Source: Octopus vulgaris (taxonomy: Eukaryota). From it: a stretch of 64,000 nucleotides of DNA. Of this stretch, positions 63,050 through 64,000 are shown piece by piece (positions within the stretch are counted from its first letter, which is position 1; each line of letters opens with the position of its first letter). The DNA lies in NCBI GenBank assembly GCA_951406725.2, contig OX597818.1, positions 24,738,001-24,802,000 of the forward strand, written 5' to 3'. Both the position numbers and the translations under genes were made by a program. Under the pieces are notes generated by a model. It saw only the letters and a program-made list of their open reading frames with translations, ran no database searches and was not told where the DNA came from.

Positions 63050-64000
63050 CACTGGGAAACAAATGCAAAAAAAATTTTTGATGCTTCATGTTTTAGACCT
63101 GATTTTAGATATGTTCAGTCCTCCAAATAAGAATATGTCCTTCATTTCTTTCTAGCAGCTCTACTTTTTGAGGTAATTTACAGCTGTCCACACATGAATC
63201 AGGGATAAGCTGCCAACGGTGTTATTATACAAATACTTGAATACTTATTTAAATACAATGCATATTTAAAATACTCTTTGTATTTAAATAAGTATTAAGG
63301 TATTTGCTAAATACATTAATTACCATCTGTGATTTTGTAATGATCCTGTCGGTGGCCTCTCCCAGATTCATTTGTGGTTAGCCATACTTGTCAATAAATG
63401 TACCCCTCACGTGCCTGTCACAGCTTTTCTGTGTAACATTATAGAGCATTTTGCTACCTTGGTGACATCTCTTCGCTTCCCACTGAGTCAGTCTGCCCCT
63501 GGCTTTGAGATTAAAAGGTTGGTATTGCATTTCCCTTCCCAGAATTCAAAAGGGTAGGCCCATCTTCCAAATTACTGTCAATATTTTTCTTTAGATTGCG
63601 CATTGTCAGCTGAATCATTCTTGGTATCTTTGTAGGCTACAAGGTATTTTACATGGCGCTTACTGATTCAGCAGAAACCTATTTCATAAACTTATTTTCA
63701 CTTTTGTCTGCTATTTATTTTTTCTCCCTTACAAGTGATAACATGTCTTCCTCGTGTAGAAAGTGTTTGAGTCATCCAGATTGCTTTTGTTACATTTGAG
63801 GAGAGCATACGTTCAGGGAACAAAGAAAATTCATTACTGATTTTATGAAAAGGGCATACTTAAGCTATTTCAAAATAGAACTAGGGGACCAAGATAAGAC
63901 ATGGGCTCCACACATTATCTGTAAAACTTGTAACGAGCACTTTCAGCAGTGGACAAATGGTATGAAGAAATTTCTGAAATTTGGTATACCTATGGTGTGA
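63050..64000 (+). mobile_element. Chapaev3-like DNA transposon, 5' part (runs off the window)
   Basis: TTA|CACTGGG terminus. From ATG 63743: MSSSCRKCLSHPDCFCYI*GE...AYLSYFKIELGDQDKTWAPHIICKTC...FGIPMV*, the Chapaev3 transposase N-terminal motif with stops. Confidence 0.8.

Overview
AT-rich, microsatellite-rich eukaryotic DNA. The repeat families point to a coleoid cephalopod, probably Octopus (inference). Two spliced host genes lie on the + strand: the last two coding exons of LRRC58 (10415-10818, 20775-20968; upstream exons not found) and a complete four-coding-exon, 258-aa folate-receptor-family gene (48516-56365) with a predicted GPI anchor. An orphan, decayed exon of an AP-1 mu subunit lies at 62606-62720. 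The rest is mostly degenerate transposons: Helitron ends and a Rep fragment, RTE and CR1/L2-like LINEs, tRNA-derived SINEs, a truncated Gypsy element, Penelope-like (PLE) fragments, mariner, DD37D-like, Chapaev3 and piggyBac-type elements. Two observations stand out. First, a palindromic non-autonomous element present twice (4377-4732, 7465-7870) carries a minimal type I hammerhead ribozyme motif between its inverted arms, and weaker hammerhead-like motifs occur elsewhere. Second, there are several local fold-back inverted duplications, including one 25 nt past the folate-receptor stop codon. Repeat boundaries are approximate unless termini or target-site duplications are quoted.
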